Shown here piece by piece: positions 20,222 through 28,837 of a stretch of DNA of 32,000 bases (within the stretch, counting starts at the first letter, position 1; every line of letters starts with the position of its first letter). The notes beneath the pieces were generated by a model. That model made no database searches. It saw nothing but the letters and a program-made list of their open reading frames with translations, and had not been told where the DNA came from. Source of the stretch: Pseudomonas aeruginosa (GTDB taxonomy: Bacteria; Pseudomonadota; Gammaproteobacteria; Pseudomonadales; Pseudomonadaceae); NCBI RefSeq assembly GCF_001457615.1, contig NZ_LN831024.1:5850001-5882000 (forward strand), read 5' to 3'. A program made the position numbers and the translations under genes.

Positions 20222-21670
20222 ATGTCCCAAGAATCCAGCCAAAAACTCCGACTAGGAGCGCTAACGGCTCTGGTTGTCGGCTCGATGATCGGAGGGGGCA
20301 TCTTCTCCCTTCCGCAAAACATGGCAGCCAGCGCCGACGTCGGCGCCGTCCTGATCGGATGGGCGATCACCGCCGTCGGCATGCTCACCCTCGCTTTCGT
20401 CTTCCAGACCCTCGCCAACCGCAAGCCCGAACTCGACGGCGGCGTGTACGCCTACGCCAAGGCCGGCTTCGGCGACTACATGGGTTTCTCCTCGGCCTGG
20501 GGCTACTGGATCAGCGCCTGGCTGGGCAACGTCGGCTACTTCGTCCTGTTGTTCAGCACCCTCGGCTACTTCTTCCCGATCTTCGGCAAGGGCGACACCG
20601 TCGCGGCGATCGTCTGCGCCTCGGTCCTGCTCTGGGCCCTGCACTTCCTGGTGCTGCGCGGGATCAAGGAGGCGGCGTTCATCAACACCGTCACCACCGT
20701 GGCCAAGGTCGTGCCGCTGTTCCTGTTCATCCTGATCTGCCTGTTCGCCTTCAAGCTGGACATCTTCACCGCCGACATCTGGGGCAAGAGCAACCCGGAC
20801 CTGGGCAGCGTGATGAACCAGGTGCGCAACATGATGCTGGTCACCGTCTGGGTGTTCATCGGCATCGAGGGCGCGAGCATCTTCTCCTCCCGCGCGGAAA
20901 AACGTTCCGACGTCGGCAAGGCCACCGTGATCGGCTTCATCACCGTCCTGCTCCTGCTGGTGCTGGTCAACGTGCTGTCCATGGGCGTGATGACCCAGCC
21001 GGAACTGGCCAAGCTGCAGAACCCGTCGATGGCGCTGGTACTCGAGCATGTGGTCGGCCACTGGGGCGCCGTGCTGATCAGCGTCGGCCTGCTGATCTCG
21101 CTGCTGGGCGCGCTGCTCTCCTGGGTGCTGCTGTGCGCCGAGATCATGTTCGCCGCCGCCAAGGACCACACCATGCCGGAGTTCCTGCGCCGCGAGAACG
21201 CCAACCAGGTGCCGGCCAACGCCCTGTGGCTGACCAACATCTGCGTACAGGTGTTCCTGGTGGTGGTGTTCTTCACCTCGGGCGACCCGGACGGCATGGA
21301 CCCGTACACCAAGATGCTGCTCCTGGCCACCTCGATGATCCTGATCCCGTACTTCTGGTCCGCCGCCTATGGCCTGCTGCTGACCCTGAAGGGCGAGACC
21401 TACGAGAACGATGCCCGCGAACGCAGCAAGGACCTGGTCATCGCCGGCATCGCCGTGGCCTACGCGGTCTGGCTGCTCTACGCCGGGGGCCTGAAGTACC
21501 TGCTGCTGTCCGCCCTGCTGTATGCGCCCGGCGCGATCCTTTTCGCCAAGGCCAAGCACGAGGTCGGCCAGCCGATCTTCACCGGAATCGAAAAACTGAT
21601 CTTCGCCGCAGTCGTCATTGGCGCCCTGGTGGCTGCCTACGGCCTCTACGACGGTTTCCTCACCCTCTGA
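20222..21670 (+). CDS. arcD: Arginine/ornithine antiporter
   Basis: 482-aa polytopic APC-family transporter. It is first in the arcDABC order. SD GGGAG lies upstream. Confidence 0.95.
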   Translation: MSQESSQKLRLGALTALVVGSMIGGGIFSLPQNMAASADVGAVLIGWAITAVGMLTLAFVFQTLANRKPELDGGVYAYAKAGFGDYMGFSSAWGYWISAWLGNVGYFVLLFSTLGYFFPIFGKGDTVAAIVCASVLLWALHFLVLRGIKEAAFINTVTTVAKVVPLFLFILICLFAFKLDIFTADIWGKSNPDLGSVMNQVRNMMLVTVWVFIGIEGASIFSSRAEKRSDVGKATVIGFITVLLLLVLVNVLSMGVMTQPELAKLQNPSMALVLEHVVGHWGAVLISVGLLISLLGALLSWVLLCAEIMFAAAKDHTMPEFLRRENANQVPANALWLTNICVQVFLVVVFFTSGDPDGMDPYTKMLLLATSMILIPYFWSAAYGLLLTLKGETYENDARERSKDLVIAGIAVAYAVWLLYAGGLKYLLLSALLYAPGAILFAKAKHEVGQPIFTGIEKLIFAAVVIGALVAAYGLYDGFLTL

Positions 21671-21691
21671 TTACTCCACTGGAGACGTGAA

Positions 21692-22948
21692 ATGAGCACG
21701 GAAAAAACCAAACTTGGCGTCCACTCCGAAGCCGGCAAACTGCGCAAAGTGATGGTCTGCTCGCCCGGACTCGCCCACCAGCGCCTGACCCCGAGCAACT
21801 GCGACGAGTTGCTGTTCGACGACGTGATCTGGGTGAACCAGGCCAAGCGCGACCACTTCGACTTCGTCACTAAGATGCGCGAGCGCGGCATCGACGTCCT
21901 CGAGATGCACAATCTGCTGACCGAGACCATCCAGAACCCGGAAGCGCTGAAGTGGATCCTCGATCGCAAGATCACCGCCGACAGCGTCGGCCTGGGCCTG
22001 ACCAGCGAGCTGCGCTCCTGGCTGGAGAGCCTGGAGCCGCGCAAGCTGGCCGAGTACCTGATCGGCGGCGTCGCCGCTGACGACCTGCCCGCCAGCGAAG
22101 GCGCCGACATCCTCAAGATGTACCGCGAGTACCTGGGCCATTCCAGCTTCCTGCTGCCGCCGTTGCCGAACACCCAGTTCACCCGTGACACCACGTGCTG
22201 GATCTACGGCGGCGTGACCCTGAACCCGATGTACTGGCCGGCGCGACGACAGGAAACCCTGCTGACCACCGCCATCTACAAGTTCCATCCCGAGTTCGCC
22301 AACGCCGAATTCGAGATCTGGTACGGCGACCCGGACAAGGACCACGGCTCCTCGACCCTGGAAGGCGGCGACGTGATGCCGATCGGCAACGGCGTGGTCC
22401 TGATCGGCATGGGCGAGCGCTCCTCGCGCCAGGCCATCGGTCAGGTCGCCCAGTCGCTGTTCGCCAAGGGCGCCGCCGAGCGGGTGATCGTCGCCGGCCT
22501 GCCGAAGTCCCGCGCCGCGATGCACCTGGACACCGTGTTCAGCTTCTGCGACCGCGACCTGGTCACGGTCTTCCCGGAAGTGGTCAAGGAAATCGTGCCC
22601 TTCAGCCTGCGCCCCGATCCGAGCAGCCCCTACGGCATGAACATCCGCCGCGAGGAGAAAACCTTCCTCGAAGTGGTCGCCGAATCCCTCGGCCTGAAGA
22701 AACTGCGCGTGGTCGAGACCGGCGGCAACAGCTTCGCCGCCGAGCGCGAGCAATGGGACGACGGTAACAACGTGGTCTGCCTGGAGCCGGGCGTGGTGGT
22801 CGGCTATGACCGCAACACCTACACCAACACCCTGCTGCGCAAGGCCGGCGTCGAGGTCATCACCATCAGCGCCAGCGAACTGGGTCGCGGTCGCGGCGGC
22901 GGCCACTGCATGACCTGCCCGATCATCCGCGACCCGATCGACTACTGA
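21692..22948 (+). CDS. arcA: Arginine deiminase
   Basis: 418 aa. N-terminus [26 protein letters not shown] and C-terminal catalytic GGGHCMTCP are diagnostic for ADI. Confidence 0.96.
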   Translation: MSTEKTKLGVHSEAGKLRKVMVCSPGLAHQRLTPSNCDELLFDDVIWVNQAKRDHFDFVTKMRERGIDVLEMHNLLTETIQNPEALKWILDRKITADSVGLGLTSELRSWLESLEPRKLAEYLIGGVAADDLPASEGADILKMYREYLGHSSFLLPPLPNTQFTRDTTCWIYGGVTLNPMYWPARRQETLLTTAIYKFHPEFANAEFEIWYGDPDKDHGSSTLEGGDVMPIGNGVVLIGMGERSSRQAIGQVAQSLFAKGAAERVIVAGLPKSRAAMHLDTVFSFCDRDLVTVFPEVVKEIVPFSLRPDPSSPYGMNIRREEKTFLEVVAESLGLKKLRVVETGGNSFAAEREQWDDGNNVVCLEPGVVVGYDRNTYTNTLLRKAGVEVITISASELGRGRGGGHCMTCPIIRDPIDY

Positions 22949-23027
22949 CAGACAACCCGCTCTCGAGCTGAACGGCGGCGTCCCCAGGAGGGGCGCCGCC
23001 CACCGACTTCCCACAAGGAGATCAATC

Positions 23028-24038
23028 ATGGCTTTCAACATGCACAACCGTAACCTGCTCAGCCTGATGCACCACAGCACCCGCGAGCTGCGTTACCTGC
23101 TCGACCTGTCCCGCGACCTCAAGCGCGCCAAGTACACCGGCACCGAGCAGCAGCACCTGAAGCGCAAGAACATTGCCCTGATCTTCGAGAAAACCTCCAC
23201 TCGCACCCGCTGCGCCTTCGAGGTGGCCGCCTACGACCAGGGCGCCAACGTCACCTACATCGACCCGAACTCCTCGCAGATCGGCCACAAGGAGAGCATG
23301 AAGGACACCGCGCGGGTTCTCGGCCGGATGTACGACGCCATCGAGTACCGCGGCTTCAAGCAGGAAATCGTCGAGGAACTCGCGAAGTTCGCCGGCGTTC
23401 CGGTGTTCAACGGCCTGACCGACGAATACCACCCGACCCAGATGCTCGCCGACGTGCTGACCATGCGCGAGCACAGCGACAAGCCGCTGCACGACATCAG
23501 CTACGCCTACCTGGGCGACGCGCGCAACAACATGGGTAACTCCCTGCTGCTGATCGGCGCCAAGCTCGGCATGGACGTACGCATCGCCGCGCCGAAGGCG
23601 CTCTGGCCGCACGACGAGTTCGTCGCCCAGTGCAAGAAGTTCGCCGAGGAAAGCGGCGCCAAGCTGACCCTCACCGAGGATCCGAAGGAAGCCGTGAAGG
23701 GCGTGGACTTCGTCCACACCGACGTCTGGGTGTCGATGGGCGAGCCGGTGGAAGCCTGGGGCGAGCGGATCAAGGAACTGCTGCCCTACCAGGTCAACAT
23801 GGAGATCATGAAGGCCACCGGCAACCCGCGGGCCAAGTTCATGCACTGCCTGCCGGCGTTCCACAACAGCGAGACCAAGGTCGGCAAGCAGATCGCCGAG
23901 CAGTATCCGAACCTGGCCAACGGCATCGAGGTGACCGAGGACGTCTTCGAGTCGCCCTACAACATCGCCTTCGAGCAGGCCGAGAACCGCATGCATACCA
24001 TCAAGGCGATCCTCGTCTCGACCCTCGCCGACATCTGA
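23028..24038 (+). CDS. arcB: Catabolic ornithine carbamoyltransferase
   Basis: 336 aa. Carbamoyl-phosphate motif STRTRCAFE, plus HPTQ and HCLP motifs. Confidence 0.96.
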   Translation: MAFNMHNRNLLSLMHHSTRELRYLLDLSRDLKRAKYTGTEQQHLKRKNIALIFEKTSTRTRCAFEVAAYDQGANVTYIDPNSSQIGHKESMKDTARVLGRMYDAIEYRGFKQEIVEELAKFAGVPVFNGLTDEYHPTQMLADVLTMREHSDKPLHDISYAYLGDARNNMGNSLLLIGAKLGMDVRIAAPKALWPHDEFVAQCKKFAEESGAKLTLTEDPKEAVKGVDFVHTDVWVSMGEPVEAWGERIKELLPYQVNMEIMKATGNPRAKFMHCLPAFHNSETKVGKQIAEQYPNLANGIEVTEDVFESPYNIAFEQAENRMHTIKAILVSTLADI

Positions 24039-24098
24039 CCGCGCTCCTGCGCCCCGGCCCACGCGGCCGGGCGCAGCCGCCTTCCGGAGGTAACCGAT

Positions 24099-25031
24099 AT
24101 GCGTATCGTCGTCGCATTGGGCGGTAATGCCCTGCTACGCCGTGGCGAACCCATGACCGCGGACAACCAGCGGGAAAACGTGCGGATCGCCGCCGAACAG
24201 ATCGCCAAGGTGGCGCCCGGCAACGAGCTGGTGATCGCCCACGGCAACGGCCCCCAGGTCGGCCTGCTGGCCCTCCAGGGTGCCGCCTACGACAAGGTCT
24301 CGCCCTACCCGCTGGACGTCCTCGGCGCGGAAACCGAGGGCATGATCGGCTACATGATCGAACAGGAAATGGGCAACCTGCTGCCGTTCGAAGTGCCGTT
24401 CGCCACCATCCTCACCCAGGTCGAGGTGGACGGTAAGGATCCGGCGTTCCAGAACCCGACCAAGCCGATCGGCCCGGTCTACTCCAGGGAAGAAGCCGAG
24501 CGCCTGGCCGCCGAGAAGGGCTGGAGCATCGCCCCGGACGGCGACAAGTTCCGCCGCGTGGTGCCCAGCCCGCGGCCGAAGCGGATCTTCGAGATCCGCC
24601 CGGTGAAGTGGCTGCTGGAGAAAGGCACCATCGTCATCTGCGCTGGCGGCGGCGGTATCCCGACCATGTACGACGAGGCCGGGAAGAAGCTCAGCGGCGT
24701 CGAGGCGGTGATCGACAAGGACCTCTGCTCCTCGCTGCTGGCCCAGGAGCTGGTGGCCGACATCCTGATCATCGCCACCGACGTCGACGCGGCCTACGTC
24801 GACTGGGGCAAGCCGACCCAGAAGGCCATCGCCCAGGCCCACCCGGACGAACTGGAGCGCCTCGGCTTCGCCGCCGGCTCCATGGGTCCGAAGGTCCAGG
24901 CCGCCATCGAGTTCGCCCGCGCCACCGGCAAGGACGCGGTGATCGGTTCGCTCGCGGACATCGTCGCAATCACCGAGGGCAAGGCGGGAACACGGGTCAG
25001 CACGCGCAAGGCGGGCATCGAGTACCGCTGA
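24099..25031 (+). CDS. arcC: Carbamate kinase
   Basis: 310 aa. [13 protein letters not shown]...[11 protein letters not shown] is typical of carbamate kinase. It is the last gene of the arc operon. Confidence 0.95.
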
Positions 25032-25043
25032 TACACCACCCCC

Positions 25044-25070
25044 AGGGCCGCTTCGCGGCCCTTCTTCATT
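25044..25070 (+). terminator. Intrinsic terminator of arcDABC
   Basis: agggccgc (25044-25051), loop ttc, gcggccct (25055-25062), followed by tcttcatt. Confidence 0.75.
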
Positions 25071-25443
25071 CTCCTCTGCCGGCATCGGGCGAAAGGTGGA
25101 TAGCGCCACGCCTCTGCGCGCGGACTTTCAAGCAAGTCCCGCAACACTCGCCCACGCCCCACCTCTGCCAACAGCCCGGCCATGGGCGTCAATCCCCCCA
25201 CGGCAGACCGCCAGCACTTGTGGAAAGCCCACGCAACGCGGTATTCAGTAGGAAAATACGTGACTCGATAGTCATGATTCACGTCAGCATAGTCACCCTG
25301 ATCATTTCAACGGCCACTGGCTCGTGCCCGGGTCCGTGAAGCTCGCCTCGCCGACGGGAAAGGCCGCCATCGCCGCCACGCGCTTCCCGCTCCGGACCAG
25401 GCAGCAGCCCGGCACGCGAACGACTATTCGAAGGAGTTTCTGA

Positions 25444-27351
25444 GTGATGTATCGACTACCGGTCATTGTTGGTTTCGGTGGCTACAACGCAGCAGGCCGT
25501 AGTTCCTTCCACCACGGCTTCCGCCGCATGGTCATCGAATCGATGGACCCGCAGGCGCGCCAGGAAACCCTAGCCGGCCTGGCGGTCATGATGAAACTGG
25601 TCAAGGCCGAAGGCGGCCGCTACCTGGCCGAAGACGGCACGCCGCTGTCCCCGGAGGACATCGAGCGGCGCTACGCCGAACGCATCTTCGCCTCTACCCT
25701 GGTGCGACGCATCGAACCGCAGTACCTCGACCCGGATGCAGTCCACTGGCACAAGGTCCTCGAGCTGTCCCCTGCCGAAGGCCAGGCGCTGACCTTCAAG
25801 GCCTCGCCCAAGCAACTGCCCGAGCCGCTGCCGGCCAACTGGACGATCGCTCCCGCGGAGGACGGCGAGGTGCTGGTGAGCATCCACGAGCGCTGCGAGT
25901 TCAAGGTGGACAGCTACCGTGCGCTGACGGTGAAGTCCGCCGGCCAGTTGCCCACCGGTTTCGAACCGGGCGAGCTGTACAACTCGCGCTTCCACCCGCG
26001 CGGCCTGCAGATGTCGGTGGTCGCCGCGACCGACGCGATCCGCTCCACCGGCATCGACTGGAAGACCATCGTCGACAACGTCCAGCCCGACGAGATCGCG
26101 GTATTCTCCGGCAGCATCATGAGCCAGCTCGACGACAACGGTTTCGGCGGCCTGATGCAATCCCGCCTGAAGGGCCACCGGGTCTCGGCCAAGCAACTGC
26201 CGCTGGGCTTCAACAGCATGCCCACCGATTTCATCAATGCCTACGTGCTCGGCAGCGTCGGCATGACCGGCAGCATCACAGGCGCCTGCGCCACCTTCCT
26301 CTACAACCTGCAGAAGGGTATCGACGTCATCACCAGCGGCCAGGCCCGGGTGGTCATCGTCGGCAACAGCGAGGCGCCGATCCTGCCGGAGTGCATCGAG
26401 GGCTACAGCGCCATGGGCGCACTGGCCACCGAAGAAGGCCTGCGCCTGATCGAAGGCCGCGACGACGTGGACTTCCGCCGCGCCAGCCGGCCTTTCGGCG
26501 AGAACTGCGGCTTCACCCTGGCCGAGTCCAGCCAATACGTAGTGCTGATGGACGACGAACTGGCCCTGCGCCTGGGCGCGGATATCCACGGCGCGGTAAC
26601 CGACGTGTTCATCAACGCCGACGGTTTCAAGAAGTCCATCTCCGCCCCCGGCCCGGGCAACTACCTGACGGTAGCCAAGGCGGTGGCCAGCGCGGTGCAG
26701 ATCGTCGGCCTGGACACCGTGCGCCACGCCAGCTTCGTCCACGCCCACGGCTCCAGCACGCCGGCCAACCGGGTCACCGAATCGGAAATCCTCGACCGCG
26801 TGGCCAGCGCCTTCGGCATCGACGGCTGGCCGGTCACCGCGGTGAAGGCCTACGTCGGCCACTCCCTGGCCACCGCCAGCGCCGATCAACTGATTTCCGC
26901 CCTGGGCACCTTCAAGTACGGCATCCTCCCTGGGATCAAGACCATCGACAAGGTCGCCGACGACGTCCACCAGCAGCGCCTGAGCATCTCCAATCGCGAC
27001 ATGCGCCAGGACAAGCCGCTGGAGGTGTGCTTCATCAACTCCAAGGGCTTCGGCGGCAACAACGCCAGCGGCGTGGTGCTGTCGCCGCGAATCGCCGAGA
27101 AGATGCTGCGCAAGCGCCATGGCCAAGCGGCCTTCGCCGCCTACGTCGAGAAGCGCGAGCAGACCCGCGCCGCCGCCCGCGCCTACGACCAGCGCGCGCT
27201 GCAGGGCGACCTGGAGATCATCTACAACTTCGGCCAGGACCTGATCGACGAACACGCCATCGAGGTCAGCGCCGAACAGGTGACGGTGCCCGGCTTCAGC
27301 CAGCCGCTGGTATACAAGAAGGACGCGCGTTTCAGTGACATGCTCGACTGA
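25444..27351 (+). CDS. fabY: FabY-type beta-ketoacyl-ACP synthase (initiating KAS of P. aeruginosa)
   Basis: 635-aa ORF from GTG 25444 (the ATG at 25447 is an alternative start), with AAGGAG at 25431-25436. It has a KAS I/II-like fold with active-site Cys in GSITGACATF and His motifs HAHGSSTP and VGHSL. Position matches PA5174. Confidence 0.88.
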   Translation: MMYRLPVIVGFGGYNAAGRSSFHHGFRRMVIESMDPQARQETLAGLAVMMKLVKAEGGRYLAEDGTPLSPEDIERRYAERIFASTLVRRIEPQYLDPDAVHWHKVLELSPAEGQALTFKASPKQLPEPLPANWTIAPAEDGEVLVSIHERCEFKVDSYRALTVKSAGQLPTGFEPGELYNSRFHPRGLQMSVVAATDAIRSTGIDWKTIVDNVQPDEIAVFSGSIMSQLDDNGFGGLMQSRLKGHRVSAKQLPLGFNSMPTDFINAYVLGSVGMTGSITGACATFLYNLQKGIDVITSGQARVVIVGNSEAPILPECIEGYSAMGALATEEGLRLIEGRDDVDFRRASRPFGENCGFTLAESSQYVVLMDDELALRLGADIHGAVTDVFINADGFKKSISAPGPGNYLTVAKAVASAVQIVGLDTVRHASFVHAHGSSTPANRVTESEILDRVASAFGIDGWPVTAVKAYVGHSLATASADQLISALGTFKYGILPGIKTIDKVADDVHQQRLSISNRDMRQDKPLEVCFINSKGFGGNNASGVVLSPRIAEKMLRKRHGQAAFAAYVEKREQTRAAARAYDQRALQGDLEIIYNFGQDLIDEHAIEVSAEQVTVPGFSQPLVYKKDARFSDMLD

Positions 27352-27366
27352 GCGCCACCACAACGG

Positions 27367-27393
27367 AAAAGGCCCGGCTAGACCGGGCCTTTT
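27367..27393. terminator. Bidirectional intrinsic terminator after fabY
   Basis: aaaa-ggcccgg (27371-27377), loop ctaga, ccgggcc (27383-27389)-tttt. It is A/T-flanked on both sides. Confidence 0.8.
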
Positions 27394-27440
27394 CGTTTCA
27401 GTGCAGCGCGCGCCAGTTGGATCAGCTCGCTGCGCCACTC
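27394..27440. repeat. Direct repeat copy A: orphan copy of the cysQ 3' end (attL-like)
   Basis: The 47-nt cgtttcagtgcagcgcgcgccagttggatcagctcgctgcgccactc is identical to 28789-28837 except for one GC dinucleotide unit. Confidence 0.9.
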
Positions 27441-27473
27441 GGCGAGCCTATCTGGATGCGCTGGATCAGGTGA

Positions 27474-27671
27474 TGGCCAGTTCCAGCGTTTCACCGACAG
27501 CCGCTGGAAGTTCACGGGTACGATGCCGATCTGGACTTCCAGCGTCTCATGGAGGAACAAACAGCGACGAGGTTCCTGGCGGAACTGAAAAAGCACCGAT
27601 CGGCCAATTTTGACATCAAGCTCCACGGTGAAGCTCCCATTGAGTTATCAGGCACTGGATATCCGTTCTGA
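27474..27671 (+). pseudogene. 3' remnant (65 codons) of a colicin M-like lipid II-degrading bacteriocin gene, truncated at the islet boundary
   Basis: My own translation is WPVPAFHRQPLEVHGYDADLDFQRLMEEQTATRFLAELKKHRSANFDIKLHGEAPIELSGTGYPF*. There is no start codon, and an in-frame stop lies at 27471. By eye it aligns with the recalled colicin M C-terminus ...DDKYDFNASTHRGIIGESLTRLGAMFSGKEYQILLPGEIHIKESGKR. The alignment is supported by YD-x5-[H/Q]R, TR 8-9 residues later, and [Y/F]xIxLxGExxIxxSG near the end. Confidence 0.5.
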
Positions 27672-27681
27672 TAGCCCCTCG

Positions 27682-27710
27682 AAACACCTATTTATTGACA
27701 GGTGTTTTCT
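27682..27710 (+). terminator. Hairpin terminator for the remnant gene, overlapping the 3' end of the convergent membrane-protein gene
   Basis: aaacacct (27682-27689) pairs with aggtgttt (27700-27707), with a 10-nt loop, followed by tct. Confidence 0.5.
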
Positions 27711-28389
27711 CATCGCTGGAGGAAAGCACATAGTAAAAAAATACGAACCCCAGCCATAGGGGAAGCATTGCCTCATAATCCCCACTGAAAAAAGAGCAGG
27801 CAAACCCTACCAGCCAAACCGCAAGAAGAATTCCACTCAACACCTGTGTGGTCTTACTGCGAAATATCAGTCCTCCAGAGGTACTACGCCAACCTATAAT
27901 CAGCAACGGCAGGAGCATAAAACAGACGGCAAAAGCGACCGCACAAGAGACAAACCAGGCAACTACTATATTGTCCCTCCACGTTGGATACAGCATTCTA
28001 TCCAGACTTAAAGAGGTTGCTAAAACTTCTGAAAGCACAATGGAAACTGGAGTCGCCAAATAGAGAAAAACCAAAAGCACACGACTTCTCCTCACGACTA
28101 CCGGAGATGGCAGAAAGAATATAGCGAGCGCCAAAATAAGCGCACAAATCGAATACCGCTCCAGATAGATCTTATCGGTAAGCTGCCGGAACAACTCGTC
28201 TTGAAATTTCTCTTCAGCGGTCAGTCTTGAAGCATAGTCATTCATATTCTCAGGATAGATATCTGCCAACACCTCAGAGCTTTTCAAAACATCCATACCC
28301 AGCGAAGCTGAGAATAGATAAATCGATACGCTCGCCATCACAGCCGCAGCTAAAACACGAAAACGATAGATCGATGGATATGTTGGCAT
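27688..28389 (-). CDS. Integral membrane protein with 6 predicted TM helices and no recognisable family; candidate orphan bacteriocin immunity protein
   Basis: ATG at 28389 (MPTYPSIYRFR...) is preceded by GGGAGGG. The listed TTG start at 28404 is less likely. 233 aa. I count six hydrophobic segments, with Arg/Lys-rich loops (RFR, RRSR, RSTSGGLIFRSK) on alternate sides and a ~50-aa acidic loop after TM1. GC is clearly lower than the flanks. It is convergent with the ColM-like remnant. Confidence 0.75.
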   Translation of the reverse strand: MPTYPSIYRFRVLAAAVMASVSIYLFSASLGMDVLKSSEVLADIYPENMNDYASRLTAEEKFQDELFRQLTDKIYLERYSICALILALAIFFLPSPVVVRRSRVLLVFLYLATPVSIVLSEVLATSLSLDRMLYPTWRDNIVVAWFVSCAVAFAVCFMLLPLLIIGWRSTSGGLIFRSKTTQVLSGILLAVWLVGFACSFFSGDYEAMLPLWLGFVFFYYVLSSSDEKTPVNK

Positions 28390-28716
28390 AGCGCCCTCCC
28401 GCAAACGCGAGAACTCTACGCTCTACATGCTCTCCCCGTGTGCGATTACGATGGAGTTTTCATGGAGCCCATGATCCTCCCCAGGCTTCGGAAAAAATCA
28501 CACAGGAACTTACTCAGGCGCCACCCCTATCGGCACCGGCCGACAGCTCAACGAAAAGCCCCGCTCATACGGTCATGCCGTTCACCAAAGTGAATATTTG
28601 ATGAGCCACTACCGAATCCCGCTGTCAGTCATCTGCTGCGGGCTATTTGCATGTTTTCTGTCAGCCCGAGCGGGCAAAACATCGTAATCTCCCATAGAGA
28701 CCAGAAAACAGATCAG

Positions 28717-28755
28717 AAAAACGCCGCGCCCCCATTGGGGTGCGGCGTTTTTCTT
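28717..28755. terminator. Bidirectional intrinsic terminator supplied by the islet; now terminates cysQ
   Basis: 12-bp stem acgccgcgcccc (28721-28732) / ggggtgcggcgt (28737-28748), with a 4-nt loop. It is flanked by aaaa upstream and tttttctt downstream. Confidence 0.8.
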
Positions 28756-28788
28756 AAGTAAACAGCATTAGGGTTCGACCAGCTCTTC

Positions 28789-28837
28789 CGTTTCAGTGCA
28801 GCGCGCGCGCCAGTTGGATCAGCTCGCTGCGCCACTC
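28789..28837. repeat. Direct repeat copy B: functional cysQ 3' end (attR-like)
   Basis: This 49-nt copy of 27394-27440 carries (GC)5 at 28801-28810, versus (GC)4 at 27406-27413 in copy A. It includes the cysQ stop codon (28793-28795). Confidence 0.9.

Noticed and set aside
27378-27626. An 82-aa minus-strand ORF ending in AEWRSELIQLARAALKRKGPV.
   Set aside because: It is a chimera formed by the orphan cysQ 3' repeat copy fused to sequence antisense to the ColM-like remnant. It has no SD. Its N-terminal part has no protein-like features, while the opposite strand gives a sensible alignment.
28601-28687. A 28-aa hydrophobic ORF (MSHYRIPLSVICCGLFACFLSARAGKTS) inside the islet, just upstream of the bidirectional terminator. 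It was considered as a type I toxin or small membrane peptide.
   Set aside because: It has no Shine-Dalgarno sequence and no obvious promoter or antisense RNA partner, and its length is within chance expectation. It is worth a glance only if Ribo-seq data exist.
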